Below, one piece after another: positions 9,888 to 19,972 of a stretch of DNA of 64,000 nucleotides (positions within the stretch are counted from its first letter, which is position 1; each line of letters starts with the position of its first letter). Location of the stretch: IMG/VR virus record IMGVR_UViG_3300048625_000299, positions 62,001 to 126,000 of that record; one strand, 5' to 3'. The position numbers and the translations under genes are program-made. The notes below the pieces were generated by a model. That model was not told the DNA's origin. It was given only the letters and a program-made list of their open reading frames with translations, and did not search any database.

Positions 9888-10358
9888 ATGAGTGAAAATA
9901 ATTGGACATATAATGGTGCATTGTTCGAAGAACCAGATCCTGAGCATTACGGATTTGTGTACTTAATCACGAACACCCAGACGGGTAAGATGTACATTGG
10001 TAAGAAAGTGTTCTGGTTCAAAAAGACCAGACAGGTCAATAAAAAGAAGAAGAAATTCCTTGCCCCAAGCGATTGGAAAGAGTATTATGGTTCTTCGCCT
10101 GCTCTGAATAAAGACATCGCCACATTCGGCCAAGATATATTCAAGCGAGAGATTATACACCTATGCGCCAACAAGGGTCTTGCGTCATATTACGAAGCTT
10201 TGGAGCAATTCCAAAGACAAGTTCTCTTCAATCCAGAAATGTATTATAATGACTGGATCATTCTTAGAGTTCACAGGAAGCACGTATTAAATGAAACAGC
10301 AAAGCGGAGTCCCGTACAATCTTCCAACAATTCCTCCAACACGATCGCTGCATCGTGA
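9888..10358 (+). CDS. GIY-YIG nuclease, T4 endonuclease II (DenA)-like
   Basis: GFVYLITN...YIGKK, DWKEYYGSS, YYNDWI. Confidence 0.85.
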   Translation: MSENNWTYNGALFEEPDPEHYGFVYLITNTQTGKMYIGKKVFWFKKTRQVNKKKKKFLAPSDWKEYYGSSPALNKDIATFGQDIFKREIIHLCANKGLASYYEALEQFQRQVLFNPEMYYNDWIILRVHRKHVLNETAKRSPVQSSNNSSNTIAAS

Positions 10359-11013
10359 GGGGACGACGATCGACATATATCAGCGCATGCATGGATATGA
10401 GATCTTCCAAAAGACAAACAACGGAATCCCTCAGCGAATGGTGTTGAGCCAGCAACAAGTTGAAGGGTTTCTCAATCTACTAGAGCAAGCAGGGTTTCAT
10501 TGATGGGCGGGATCGATTTACTGGTTGGGGGCCTAGTCGTATGGTTCTTGGTGAGCTTCCTCGTGAAGTTCGTCAATAGCTATCAAGAAATTAGTGATGA
10601 ACGTGAGGCTGAGCAAGCATCTGAATATGTCTGCATGCAGATAGATGTTGAACGAGTAAAAGAATTGTGGTATGGTTGGTTTATTGATCCTGAAACTAAG
10701 AAGGAAGTATTCGTCGCTCAAGGCGAATCTTGTCGGGATGCAATAAGTAATTGCGTGGAGCGGATTAGACAACAGAATCCAAACTTCACAATATTATTCA
10801 AATTCAGAGTGAAATATGATGAACAACCAAGCATACAAAATCAAACAGAACGTAACGATAGTCAATAAGCTATCGGGCGCCACCGTGCGTGGTGATATTA
10901 TTAACGAAGACACCATCGATAGTAAAAGTTTTTATGTTATGAAAGTTCCTCCACGCACTGTACCACTTCGGTACTTCAAAGATGCGTGGTCTATTCAAAA
11001 AGGAAAGAAGTGA
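10291..11013 (+). other. three hypothetical ORFs (10291-10503; 10500-10868 with N-terminal TM; 10816-11013)
   Basis: Overlapping, co-oriented ORFs. Confidence 0.55.
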
Positions 11014-11014
11014 T

Positions 11015-11293
11015 ATGACTCAACCAGCTATAACCGCTCTCGCCTTGCCAGAGGGCCGAGAGTGGATCAAATCTGCGCTACGTAGCGGCCCAGTCCATGT
11101 TGTGTTCACTAAGGCAGATGGCACAGAACGCACGATGAAGTGTACCTTGCAGGAAGGCGTCGTCGTTCCACATGAAAATAAAACTGAACGTGTTAAGGAA
11201 CCAAATCCTGATGTGCTAGCTGTATGGGATCTCGATAAGAGCGCATGGCGATCATTCAAGCTAGCATCGGTCAAAACAGTGACGCTCATATAA
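11015..11293 (+). CDS. WYL_2/DUF2693-like Sm-fold protein common in T4-like phages
   Basis: VVFTKADGTERTMKCTL...VWDLDKSAWRSF. Confidence 0.8.
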   Translation: MTQPAITALALPEGREWIKSALRSGPVHVVFTKADGTERTMKCTLQEGVVVPHENKTERVKEPNPDVLAVWDLDKSAWRSFKLASVKTVTLI

Positions 11294-11295
11294 GT

Positions 11296-11724
11296 ATGAT
11301 TGAAAAGAAACGCACAGGCATCACTTTTGGTGCCTTTGACCTTTGCCATGCCGGCCACGTTGTGATGTTCGCTGACTGTAAGCAACACTGTGATTATTTG
11401 ATCGTCGGTCTGCAAGTAGATCCTAGCCTCGAACGAGATAATAAGAACACCCCAGTTCAATCTTTGTATGAGCGGTTCTTACAACTACAAGCGATCAAGT
11501 ATATCGACGAGATCATACCATACACATACGAATATGAGATTGAACAAATCCTAGCAACGCGGGACATCAACATCCGGTTTGTTGGCGCCGATTATATTGG
11601 CAAGGAATTTACAGGTAAAGAATACTGTTATTCGAACAATATAGATATCTGCTTTAATAATAGAGCGCATCCATTCAGCACAACTGAATTGCGCAAGCGA
11701 ATTCAAAACAACCCTTCGAAATAA
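11296..11724 (+). CDS. TagD-like cytidylyltransferase
   Basis: GAFDLCHAGH HxGH motif; FSTTELR. Confidence 0.9.
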   Translation: MIEKKRTGITFGAFDLCHAGHVVMFADCKQHCDYLIVGLQVDPSLERDNKNTPVQSLYERFLQLQAIKYIDEIIPYTYEYEIEQILATRDINIRFVGADYIGKEFTGKEYCYSNNIDICFNNRAHPFSTTELRKRIQNNPSK

Positions 11725-11726
11725 TT

Positions 11727-12683
11727 ATGAGCTTATTTGCTACTGATGAACTGAGTGCCAAAGCTAATGGCGGCACTGAATTGATGAAACGTGGACTCGA
11801 GCAACGACTCGACCCTGAACTACTCAAGCATTTCCATATTACTGCCAGCCGATATCGTGGCGGCGATCCCAATAAGATCAATCTATACTGGTTGCATGAT
11901 CTGCCAGGCGATCCTGAATCGGCACATTTGGCGAATGGTGGTTGGAACAACTTTGAAAAGTTGATCTTTGTATCCAACTGGCAATTCCAAGCATACCAGC
12001 TGTATTATGGCCTGCCTTGGTATAAGTGTATCGTTCTGCAGAATGCAATCGAACCGATTCCTGTTGTGGAGAAGTCCAAGGAAAAGATCAAGCTGATTTA
12101 TAACACTACACCACATCGTGGTTTGGAAATTCTCGTCCCAGTGTTTGATGCGCTGTGTAAGCGATTTGACAATATCGAGCTTGATGTATACTCGTCATTC
12201 GCTGCATATGGTTGGGAAGAACGTGACGAACCATACAAAGAGTTGTTCGAAGTGTGTAAGACGCATCCGAAGATTAACTATCATGGGTACCAGCCAAATG
12301 ATGTAGTCCGTGCAGCTCTCGCAGACGCACATATTCAAGCATACCCGTCGATCTGGTCTGAGACATCATGCATCGCATTGATGGAAGCTATGAGTGCAGG
12401 TTGCTTGTGTGTTCATCCAAACTTCGCTGCGTTACCAGAGACATCCGCCAACTGGACATGGATGTATCAGTGGCACCAAGATAAACGCGATCATGCTAAC
12501 ATGCTGTATGGATACCTTGTCAACGCGATTGAAAACTACTGGACAGAAAGCGTACAAACGCGAGTTGCTGGTCAGAAGTCATATGCCGATGTGTTTTATG
12601 GTTGGGAAATGCGCAAGCACCAATGGAATGCTTTGTTGATGAGCATTCTCCAAGACAAGAAGATTGACTACACTCCGCAATAA
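11727..12683 (+). CDS. GT-B (GT4-like) glycosyltransferase
   Basis: GGTE; HRGL; ETSCIALMEAM (ExxxxxxxE). Confidence 0.9.
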   Translation: MSLFATDELSAKANGGTELMKRGLEQRLDPELLKHFHITASRYRGGDPNKINLYWLHDLPGDPESAHLANGGWNNFEKLIFVSNWQFQAYQLYYGLPWYKCIVLQNAIEPIPVVEKSKEKIKLIYNTTPHRGLEILVPVFDALCKRFDNIELDVYSSFAAYGWEERDEPYKELFEVCKTHPKINYHGYQPNDVVRAALADAHIQAYPSIWSETSCIALMEAMSAGCLCVHPNFAALPETSANWTWMYQWHQDKRDHANMLYGYLVNAIENYWTESVQTRVAGQKSYADVFYGWEMRKHQWNALLMSILQDKKIDYTPQ

Positions 12684-12686
12684 TAG

Positions 12687-12715
12687 TTGACTTCGGTCCG
12701 CAGCGGTTGTAGAAT
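12687..12715 (+). promoter_or_regulatory. sigma70 promoter TTGACT-17-TAGAAT; predicted leaderless for rnh
   Basis: Near-consensus; ATG 7 nt after the -10 box. Confidence 0.7.
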
Positions 12716-12721
12716 GATATA

Positions 12722-13591
12722 ATGATTATTGTTGATATAAACCAAACGATGATTGCTAACCTGATGGTTCAGATTGGCAATCATACCAATATGGAGTTGC
12801 ATGAAGACCTCATTCGACATATGGTTCTTAATGCGCTCCGTAGTTATAAGCAGATGTATCCGCTCGAGCGAAATATGCTGATTGCTTGTGATGATAAGAA
12901 GTACTGGCGCCGTCAGGTGTTTCCTGCATACAAAGCAAATCGCAAAAAAGCACGCGAAGAATCTGAACTTGACTGGAACCAAATCTTTACAATCCTAAAT
13001 AAGATCAGAGACGAGCTCAAGGCTCACTCACCTTATAAGGTAATCATGGCTCCTGGAGCTGAGGCTGATGATGTGATTGGTACACTTTGCATTAAGCATG
13101 GTACATTCATTCAAACAGCAAAGACTATGGAATCGATCCACATCTTATCTGGTGATAAAGATTTTGGCCAACTACAAGTTTATTCTAATGTTCACCAATT
13201 TGATCCTGTCCGTAAAAAACAGATCAAGACAATCGATCCATACAAATACCTACGTGAGCACATCCTTAAAGGTGACCGCGGCGATGGTATTCCTAACATC
13301 ATGTCTCGTGACAATTGCCTTATGGACGGCGAGCGTCAGAAATCCCTCCCAACGAAACGTATCGAATATTTGTCAGGTTTTGTCGACTTGTCTAAGGTAC
13401 TTCCGTCTGACCAATATGCGAACTTCAAACGCAACGAACAGCTGATCGATCTCCACATGATTCCAGAAGATATTACGAATGCGATTCTGCACGAATATGA
13501 AACGCAAACTCCCAAAGACCTCGAGGTGTTTAGACAATACCTACGTGATCATAAATTGAAAACATTAGAAGAAAGAATTAGTGAGTTTTAA
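12722..13591 (+). CDS. rnh: T4-like RNase H / 5'-3' exonuclease
   Basis: YWRR...YKANR, EADD, SGDKDF, GDRGDGIPNI. Confidence 0.95.
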   Translation: MIIVDINQTMIANLMVQIGNHTNMELHEDLIRHMVLNALRSYKQMYPLERNMLIACDDKKYWRRQVFPAYKANRKKAREESELDWNQIFTILNKIRDELKAHSPYKVIMAPGAEADDVIGTLCIKHGTFIQTAKTMESIHILSGDKDFGQLQVYSNVHQFDPVRKKQIKTIDPYKYLREHILKGDRGDGIPNIMSRDNCLMDGERQKSLPTKRIEYLSGFVDLSKVLPSDQYANFKRNEQLIDLHMIPEDITNAILHEYETQTPKDLEVFRQYLRDHKLKTLEERISEF

Positions 13592-13592
13592 T

Positions 13593-14039
13593 ATGAGACT
13601 TGGTATTTTTCAAATCCTTGAAAAGGCAGCAGAGCAAAAAGCAACCGCTGACAAAATAGCTGTACTGCACGCAAACGCTGGTCCAGCATTGTATACTATA
13701 TTGAAGTATGCATATGATCCTAGTATTGTATGGGACTTGCCGGAGGGCGTCCCTCCATATAAGCCATGTCCATTCCCAGCACAGGAAATGAGACTGATGT
13801 CTGAGATTCGTAGATTGTACTTGTTCATCAAGGGTGGCAATCCAAACCTCACTAAGCTCCGCCGTGAGACCTTATTCATCGAGTTGTTGGAGTCTGTGCA
13901 TCCAGATGATGCATTAGTGTTGATCAGCATTAAAGATAAGAAGCTGCCATACAAGGGCCTTACTATCAAGCTGATCAAAGAAGCGTTCCCAGGGCTGGTC
14001 GAGGAGCTACCTGCAAATGTTGAAGACACAAAATCATAA
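13593..14039 (+). CDS. conserved T4-like phage protein (DUF6433-like)
   Basis: LPEGVPPY; RRETLFIELLESVHPDDA. Confidence 0.75.
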   Translation: MRLGIFQILEKAAEQKATADKIAVLHANAGPALYTILKYAYDPSIVWDLPEGVPPYKPCPFPAQEMRLMSEIRRLYLFIKGGNPNLTKLRRETLFIELLESVHPDDALVLISIKDKKLPYKGLTIKLIKEAFPGLVEELPANVEDTKS

Positions 14040-14208
14040 AGATAAGTATAAGGTGGACTATCAAGAGAAGTCCGAACATGGTGGTCATTACTATAGAAGG
14101 CTAAGGACTACCAAGCAAAACAAAGCTAATAATGCTCTTGACCGAGCTTTGAGGCAGCGTGACTTTACTAGGATTCGTGCAGACGATGATGAGTATGATT
14201 ATTATTAA
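14017..14208 (+). CDS. hypothetical basic protein
   Basis: Co-oriented ORF with upstream GAGGAG. Confidence 0.6.
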   Translation: MLKTQNHKDKYKVDYQEKSEHGGHYYRRLRTTKQNKANNALDRALRQRDFTRIRADDDEYDYY

Positions 14209-14222
14209 TATATTAAGGAAAG

Positions 14223-14576
14223 ATGAAAATGTGGAATTCTAAATTTATGGCTTGGGTTGAGCAAAAGATGATTGACCTCACTAGCATGCTCTACATCAAG
14301 CGTAGAGAAGTCACCCCACCAGTTGTTGAGCAAACTACGCCTACGATGGAACCAACACCAGTAGCTCCCGCCGAAACGGTATCCAAGAAGCGTACGTTCG
14401 TTAAGCGCACAGAGCCAAAGCTTACCAAAGCTGCTCCAACAAAGAAGGTAGCTATCAAAGCTCCAAAGCCAGCTGTTAAGAAGCCTGCTGCTACTAAGAA
14501 GGTCGCAAAGCCAGCAGCAAAGGCAACTACTAAGAAGCCAGCAGCAACAACAAAGACACGCAAGGCAGCAAAATAA
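14223..14576 (+). CDS. Lys/Ala/Pro-rich histone H1-like protein
   Basis: Repeated KKPAA/TKK tracts. Confidence 0.7.
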   Translation: MKMWNSKFMAWVEQKMIDLTSMLYIKRREVTPPVVEQTTPTMEPTPVAPAETVSKKRTFVKRTEPKLTKAAPTKKVAIKAPKPAVKKPAATKKVAKPAAKATTKKPAATTKTRKAAK

Positions 14577-14894
14577 ATGCCAATGTACACGTTTAGAGAT
14601 ACGAAGTCCAATGAGATCTTTGATATCTTTCTAAGCCTGCGTGAGTATGATCTTTATAAAGAGGAACATCCAGAGCATGAGCGGTACTTTGATGCTGCCA
14701 GTGCTCCCTCGTTGGTGTCGGGTGTTTCTGTGACTGACAAGACCTCTGATGGGTTCAGGGAGGTCTTGTCAAAGATCTCCGAAGCCCACCCTGGGTCTGA
14801 GTTAGCTGATAATCATGGACGAAAGTCGATTAAGCAAGTTCAGACAGAACGAGCTGTTCGCAAGTGGAAGAGCACCACCGGAGGAATAACTTAA
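14577..14894 (+). CDS. FmdB-like T4-group protein lacking the zinc cysteines
   Basis: MPMYTF...GFREVLSKI...HPGS; position before phoH. Confidence 0.7.
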   Translation: MPMYTFRDTKSNEIFDIFLSLREYDLYKEEHPEHERYFDAASAPSLVSGVSVTDKTSDGFREVLSKISEAHPGSELADNHGRKSIKQVQTERAVRKWKSTTGGIT

Positions 14895-14910
14895 CACCAA
14901 GGGAGACTTA

Positions 14911-15711
14911 ATGGCGACCAAAAGATCGAACAACAATTTGCAGGTAGTATCTTCTTACGATGAATATGACGCAAAGCCCCAAAAAGAATCGAAGCGTGAG
15001 AACCACAATCACAATGCGCTGAAGATTAAACTCGATCATTTAAACACTTTCGATCCGTTAACTGAGAATCAACGGACATTTTATGATGCATATAAAAGAG
15101 GAGACTATTTCGTTGCGTTGCACGGAGTAGCCGGTACAGGTAAGACCTTCATTGCTTTGTACAAAGCTCTTGAAGAGGTACTTGATAAGTCGAATCCATT
15201 TAAGAAAATCATCATTGTGCGGTCAGCCGTACAGTCGCGCGAGATGGGACACCTTCCAGGCGATGTTGAAGAAAAGATGGAAATTTATCAACAACCATAT
15301 GTTCAGATTTGCGAAACACTTTTCGACCGAAAGGACGCCTATCAAAGATTATCCGAACAAGGATACATCGAATTTATTTCCACGTCATTCATTAGAGGTA
15401 TGTCATTCGACGACGCTATTATCATAGTCGACGAAATGCAGAACCTTAACTTTGAAGAAATTGATACCGTGATGACTCGAGTTGGTTACCGCTCGAAAAT
15501 TATCTGGTGTGGTGACTACAGACAAACAGACTTGAAGAAGAATACCGACAAGTCTGGCCTACTGAAGTTTTTTGAAGTAGCGAATAGAATGAATGCTTTC
15601 ACTAAGATTGAATTCAAGGTGGAAGACATTGTACGCAGTTCGCTCGTACGCGAATACATTATGGCTAAACTAGATTATGAAGACTCAACTGGCAAATCGC
15701 TTTCTTCGTGA
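14911..15711 (+). CDS. phoH: PhoH-family ATPase
   Basis: GVAGTGKT, IRGMSF, DEMQN, GDYRQTD, IVRS. Confidence 0.95.
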   Translation: MATKRSNNNLQVVSSYDEYDAKPQKESKRENHNHNALKIKLDHLNTFDPLTENQRTFYDAYKRGDYFVALHGVAGTGKTFIALYKALEEVLDKSNPFKKIIIVRSAVQSREMGHLPGDVEEKMEIYQQPYVQICETLFDRKDAYQRLSEQGYIEFISTSFIRGMSFDDAIIIVDEMQNLNFEEIDTVMTRVGYRSKIIWCGDYRQTDLKKNTDKSGLLKFFEVANRMNAFTKIEFKVEDIVRSSLVREYIMAKLDYEDSTGKSLSS

Positions 15712-16396
15712 AGAACTTGATGTCGTCGACTTGGACACTGTTTCAATCGACGGCAAGCGATACTACAAAACACCGGACGGGAGCATCTACCCGTCCGTCA
15801 CTACCGTAACTTCTTCCACGAAGAAGGACTACATTGAAGCGTGGAAGAAACGCGTTGGGGAAGCAGAGGCCGCAAAGGTCTCTCGTCGTGCTGCTGCGCG
15901 CGGTACTGATCTCCATACTATTTGTGAGCAGTACACACTAAACAATCCACATCACACAAAAGGCATGATGCCAAACATCATCGAATTGTTCACTAAGATC
16001 AAGCCGATGATTGACGAAAACGTCGGAACAATCTATGCAAATGAAATTGCACTGTTCTCCCACGAGTTGAAGACTGCTGGTCGTACTGATATGTTCTGTC
16101 AGTTCCAAGGGATCAACACAATCGTCGACTTCAAGACTTCTTCGAAGATTAAAAAAGAAGAGGACATCGAAGACTACTTCATTCAAGCAACGACATATGC
16201 TATGATGTTGGAGGAAATGTTTGAGCATAAGTTGGTTGTACCGCAACTTGCGATTATAATGACAGTCGCTGAACACGGAGCTCCTGGATTGTTATTTGTC
16301 AAACCAACTTACCCGTACCGATCAAAAGTACGCAAGTTGTTTGGCGAATATCACGAAAACAATCCAATGCCAAATTACAACCTGTTGACAGAATAA
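15677..16396 (+). CDS. PD-(D/E)XK exonuclease
   Basis: YPSVTT, RGTDLH, AGRTD, IVDFKTS, Q-x-x-x-Y. Confidence 0.9.
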   Translation: MKTQLANRFLREELDVVDLDTVSIDGKRYYKTPDGSIYPSVTTVTSSTKKDYIEAWKKRVGEAEAAKVSRRAAARGTDLHTICEQYTLNNPHHTKGMMPNIIELFTKIKPMIDENVGTIYANEIALFSHELKTAGRTDMFCQFQGINTIVDFKTSSKIKKEEDIEDYFIQATTYAMMLEEMFEHKLVVPQLAIIMTVAEHGAPGLLFVKPTYPYRSKVRKLFGEYHENNPMPNYNLLTE

Positions 16397-16413
16397 CTCG
16401 TTTGTAGTATAGT
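16385..16413 (+). promoter_or_regulatory. sigma70 promoter TTGACA-17-TATAGT
   Basis: Near-consensus match. Confidence 0.8.
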
Positions 16414-16460
16414 GGAAAATATCCAACTAGGATATTAACTTTTATTATGAAGGAATGAGC

Positions 16461-16625
16461 ATGACTGCTACAGTTGCGAAAAGTGAAAAGAAGGCCAAAG
16501 CGTTTGATATCTTTGAAGCAAATAAAGATAAAAAGTCGAGTGACATTGCTCGACTGATCCAAGCGGAGCTTGGCATTACGCTCGCGAATGCACAGTACTA
16601 CGTTACACGCGTTTTCAAGAAGTGA
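16461..16625 (+). CDS. 54-aa HTH-like protein MTATVAKSEKKAKAFDIF...NAQYYVTRVFKK (not in ORF track)
   Basis: AAGGA SD, own promoter, paralogous to the C-terminus of 21447-21983. Confidence 0.8.
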   Translation: MTATVAKSEKKAKAFDIFEANKDKKSSDIARLIQAELGITLANAQYYVTRVFKK

Positions 16626-16631
16626 TTGGAC

Positions 16632-16651
16632 GGTCCGGCGAAAGCCGGACC
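16632..16651 (+). other. 8-bp GC hairpin with GAAA tetraloop (GGTCCGGC-GAAA-GCCGGACC), no U-tract
   Basis: Perfect inverted repeat. Confidence 0.7.
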
Positions 16652-16659
16652 ACCCTTAT

Positions 16660-17346
16660 ATGAAGATTGTTTTAGAATACAACATCCCCGAAGACTTGCA
16701 TAGCGCATGGTGCGCATATAATGCACATCATCTTCACCACGCGATCACTGAAATCGAACAGCGGGTGCGTGAAGTGCGTAAGTATAGTGCTGACCCTACT
16801 AAATCATTGAAAGCAATCGAAGACTCGATCAAAGAGCTCTACGCTATTGCTGGCCATCCACTGAATGGCTAAGAAACCAACATTCATATCTCCGAACACG
16901 GAGGTAGTGACTGACGATTTGCGTATTGCAATCGTAGACAGTTACACTGGCAATAACGAAGTGGTGGTTCGATTTCACACGCCGCCATGGCCATTTCCAG
17001 AGATGGAAATAAAACACATCAGTCAGATAACCAAAATACCTTTTACAGAAGAAGCATTGTTATGACATACGCATCCATTGAAAAAACAGTAACTGTCGAC
17101 GTCAAAGAAGAAGACATTGTTGAAATCAATGAGCATGGTGAGATTTCTCTGGAAGTCTATGTGGATGTAGACTTGTGTGATTTCGACGATGATGATATTC
17201 GCACAGAATACTTCGAACGCTTTGATAGCGACCTCGAAGAGAGCGACTGGAGAAAGTTATACGAACAGCGTCGTGCATTGCCTGTTGAGGACTTTTTGAA
17301 GATCATTGATAATATGATTATGAATAACACAGGACGCATTCTATGA
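16660..17346 (+). other. three hypothetical ORFs (16660-16872, 16865-17065, 17062-17346)
   Basis: Translationally coupled starts and stops. Confidence 0.65.
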
Positions 17347-18497
17347 GCGATGCAGTAAGTATTCCTCCTTCTCTTAGAAGGATATTTGGTCCTAATCTTT
17401 ACCGAGGACGGTCGCGTGGTGCTACAGCTCGAAAGCGCCGACGCAGTCAACGAGTAATTAAGAATTGGGTGTGGGATGTAAGCGAAATGGACAAACGAAA
17501 AATGGAACAAGGCAGTAAAGACGTATTTTTAGGTGCAACAGATGTTGCCGATTTCATTACCAGTGAGTTGCACTTTGCTCGCAACGAGCAACGACTGGAG
17601 ACATATCACCGTGAAGTCACTGTGCTTGCGCAGCGTACTGAATGGTTGAAGTTCTTGATCAACGACGGCAGTCGTCTAGTTCAAATGTCGAGCACAAGTG
17701 GATTTTTGATTCAGGATGAGCTGATCTCATTCTTGTCATATGACATTCAATCATCTTCGATTGTCCTCAAACTAACAGGGGACAAAGAGTGCGTAGCAAG
17801 ATGGTACGAGTCTATCGTCGAGCTGTTTGAGGAAGTTACAAACACAATTGAGTGGATGTACAGTTCAGATGGCAATAGCATTGAAGTGCCAATCCGCAGC
17901 GACCGTAAACCTATCGATGAGATGTATCCGTTCTTGGGTGAACGTACGCTGGAAAGTTACTACACATCCTTCTTGGAATCTAGTGCTTCGATTCTGTTGT
18001 TGATTGGCCCTCCAGGTACAGGCAAGACTACGTTCATCCGCGGTCTCTTGCAACACGCAGACACAAGCGCCATGGTAACATATGATGCTGGTATCCTGGC
18101 CAAGGATTACATCTTCGCTCAATTCATCGAAGGTGATAAGAACATCATGGTGATTGAGGATGCTGATAACTTCTTGGGTGCGCGCTCAGATGGTAACGAC
18201 ATGATGCATAAGTTCCTGAACGTCGGTGATGGTCTGGTGACCACTAAAGGCAAGAAGCTGATCTTCTCGACTAACCTGCCTTCAATCAAGGACGTCGATC
18301 CTGCGCTGATCCGCCCAGGTCGTTGTTTTGATATTGTTCACTTCGGGCAGATGGATGGCGAGCAGGCTGCGAAGCTGGCTGAAAAGTTGGGCCTCGAGTA
18401 TGAAATTAAACTAGATGGTAAGTACAGCGTGGCTGACATCTTCCACAAGCAAGTGGAAGCACCGAAGGCACCCAAACGTCGCCTGGGCTTTGTATGA
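17343..18497 (+). CDS. AAA+ ATPase
   Basis: GPPGTGKT, VIEDAD, STN, ALIRPGRCFD (SRH). Confidence 0.92.
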   Translation: MSDAVSIPPSLRRIFGPNLYRGRSRGATARKRRRSQRVIKNWVWDVSEMDKRKMEQGSKDVFLGATDVADFITSELHFARNEQRLETYHREVTVLAQRTEWLKFLINDGSRLVQMSSTSGFLIQDELISFLSYDIQSSSIVLKLTGDKECVARWYESIVELFEEVTNTIEWMYSSDGNSIEVPIRSDRKPIDEMYPFLGERTLESYYTSFLESSASILLLIGPPGTGKTTFIRGLLQHADTSAMVTYDAGILAKDYIFAQFIEGDKNIMVIEDADNFLGARSDGNDMMHKFLNVGDGLVTTKGKKLIFSTNLPSIKDVDPALIRPGRCFDIVHFGQMDGEQAAKLAEKLGLEYEIKLDGKYSVADIFHKQVEAPKAPKRRLGFV

Positions 18498-18661
18498 TGA
18501 GCAACACTGGCTGGACCATTGTTCTGGAGGAAGACGAGAGTGGTGAGTTGATCCTCCCACTTCCTCCAGATCTACTCGAACAAGCCGGCTGGGTCGAGGG
18601 TGACACAATTATATGGAGTGTGCAAGAGGATGGGAGCATCCTCTTGTCGAAGAAGCGATGA
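18494..18661 (+). CDS. 55-aa AbrB/MazE-like swapped-hairpin protein (not in ORF track)
   Basis: GELILPLPPDLLEQAGWVEGDTIIW; ATGA overlaps at both ends. Confidence 0.75.
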   Translation: MMSNTGWTIVLEEDESGELILPLPPDLLEQAGWVEGDTIIWSVQEDGSILLSKKR

Positions 18662-18867
18662 CAGAAGAATTTTTGAAAGAAGTGTTCGACACTATTAAGC
18701 AAGCCCGGTGCAACAGGGCAGTATACACGACCCACGATCAAGGAATCATGCTCAGTGTGAAAGAAGAGCTGCTCAAGGAGCTAAAACAAAAATGGCCGCA
18801 AGAAGCGGCCATGTTAAGTACGACTGTGGTGAGTCGAGATTTTAGTGGTCGCCTAACCAGTCTTTGA
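18658..18867 (+). CDS. hypothetical protein
   Basis: Coupled to the previous stop. Confidence 0.55.
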   Translation: MTEEFLKEVFDTIKQARCNRAVYTTHDQGIMLSVKEELLKELKQKWPQEAAMLSTTVVSRDFSGRLTSL

Positions 18868-19171
18868 AAGAGCGGACTGGAGTAGTAATGGAGACTTCTT
18901 CGTTGGTCTTCTTCTTGCTCTTATCGTTGCTATGGATCCAAGAAGTGAAAGCTTTTGTGCGGCCCCACTTATTACCTTGAGGTAGTTTGGTTTTTGTACG
19001 AGTTTCCTGGCCAGTATTCTTATTGATAGACCAGTGCAATCCTTTTGCATTCTTGTGGCCCTCTTGCGACATCGCTATCTGAAGTTTCTCAGCATGGGTA
19101 TGCTTATGGCCTTCGAAGTTCGACTTGCCGGCCATTGTTCTTGAGATCTTTTTACGTGTTGCTAAATCCAT
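18842..19171 (-). CDS. basic NUMOD3-like protein without a nuclease domain
   Basis: KISRTMAGKSNFEGHKHTHAEK; CTAAATA upstream. Confidence 0.65.
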   Translation of the reverse strand: MDLATRKKISRTMAGKSNFEGHKHTHAEKLQIAMSQEGHKNAKGLHWSINKNTGQETRTKTKLPQGNKWGRTKAFTSWIHSNDKSKKKTNEEVSITTPVRSFKDWLGDH

Positions 19172-19190
19172 GGTATTCGTCCAAAAGTTG

Positions 19191-19218
19191 TTGTCAGTTG
19201 TCCTATATTTAGTATAAT
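19191..19218. promoter_or_regulatory. overlapping divergent promoters: sigma70 on + (TTGTCA...TATAAT) and late CTAAATA on - (19206-19212)
   Basis: Motifs visible in the 54-bp divergent gap. Confidence 0.6.
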
Positions 19219-19225
19219 TCGAATC

Positions 19226-19972
19226 ATGGATATCACATCATCATTACTTCAAGCAGCTTTTGCTACGCTCGCTTCTACAACTGTCACATTGACGGATACT
19301 GATTCCTATCAGTTTAATCCCAGCATGTCGCAAGTTGAGGGGTGTAAGCGCGCAGAAGAAAAGACCAAAGTTAAGCTGATCCAAAAGGTATATGGTCAAG
19401 ATTTTGGATCAGATTCTTCAATGACTTGTCGGGAAACTGACAGACACCAGTGCTCGTCTTTAACTAATACGTACGAGAATTCGCGTGGTTACATTCAGGC
19501 GATCAAATCACGCACGGAAAAGGTTGAAGGTTGGACGTGTACAGTCAGCATCACTGCGGATGTCAACGTAATCAAGAAGACTAAGTCGAATATTGATGCA
19601 TCAGCACAACTCGATCGCGTAGTGTATTTGCCAACGGATGCAGCAGACATCACTGTGAAGACCAACACCAAAGGTTTGGTTAGTGTATTCCAGTACGATC
19701 CAGTTGAAGATGTAGTAACCAAAGTGTTCCCAGCAGGTCGTAGTGGTCGCACGTGGACATACTTCGACCAGCCACTCAATGTCCGTGTATCCCTGCAAGG
19801 TCTGCAAGAGCGAGACATGCCATATTACTTCTTCATCACAGTCACCGATGTCCCAATCGATATGCTAGACCAATATCGTTTGCACAATTTCTACCAGATG
19901 TGGGATAATCAGCCAAACAAAGACAAATCCCTTGTTCGTAAATCATTTAACATTGCTAGGAGCAAATTGTGA
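19226..19972 (+). CDS. probable exported protein (partner of the lipoprotein)
   Basis: Hydrophobic N-terminus, 4 Cys, beta-rich C-terminal domain. Confidence 0.7.
   Translation: MDITSSLLQAAFATLASTTVTLTDTDSYQFNPSMSQVEGCKRAEEKTKVKLIQKVYGQDFGSDSSMTCRETDRHQCSSLTNTYENSRGYIQAIKSRTEKVEGWTCTVSITADVNVIKKTKSNIDASAQLDRVVYLPTDAADITVKTNTKGLVSVFQYDPVEDVVTKVFPAGRSGRTWTYFDQPLNVRVSLQGLQERDMPYYFFITVTDVPIDMLDQYRLHNFYQMWDNQPNKDKSLVRKSFNIARSKL

Noticed and set aside
15677-16396. Cas4/CRISPR association
   Set aside because: Ordinary T4-group exonuclease next to phoH; no Fe-S Cys set, cas genes or array
16632-16651. Intrinsic terminator
   Set aside because: Strong hairpin but no U-tract on either strand; kept only as a structural element
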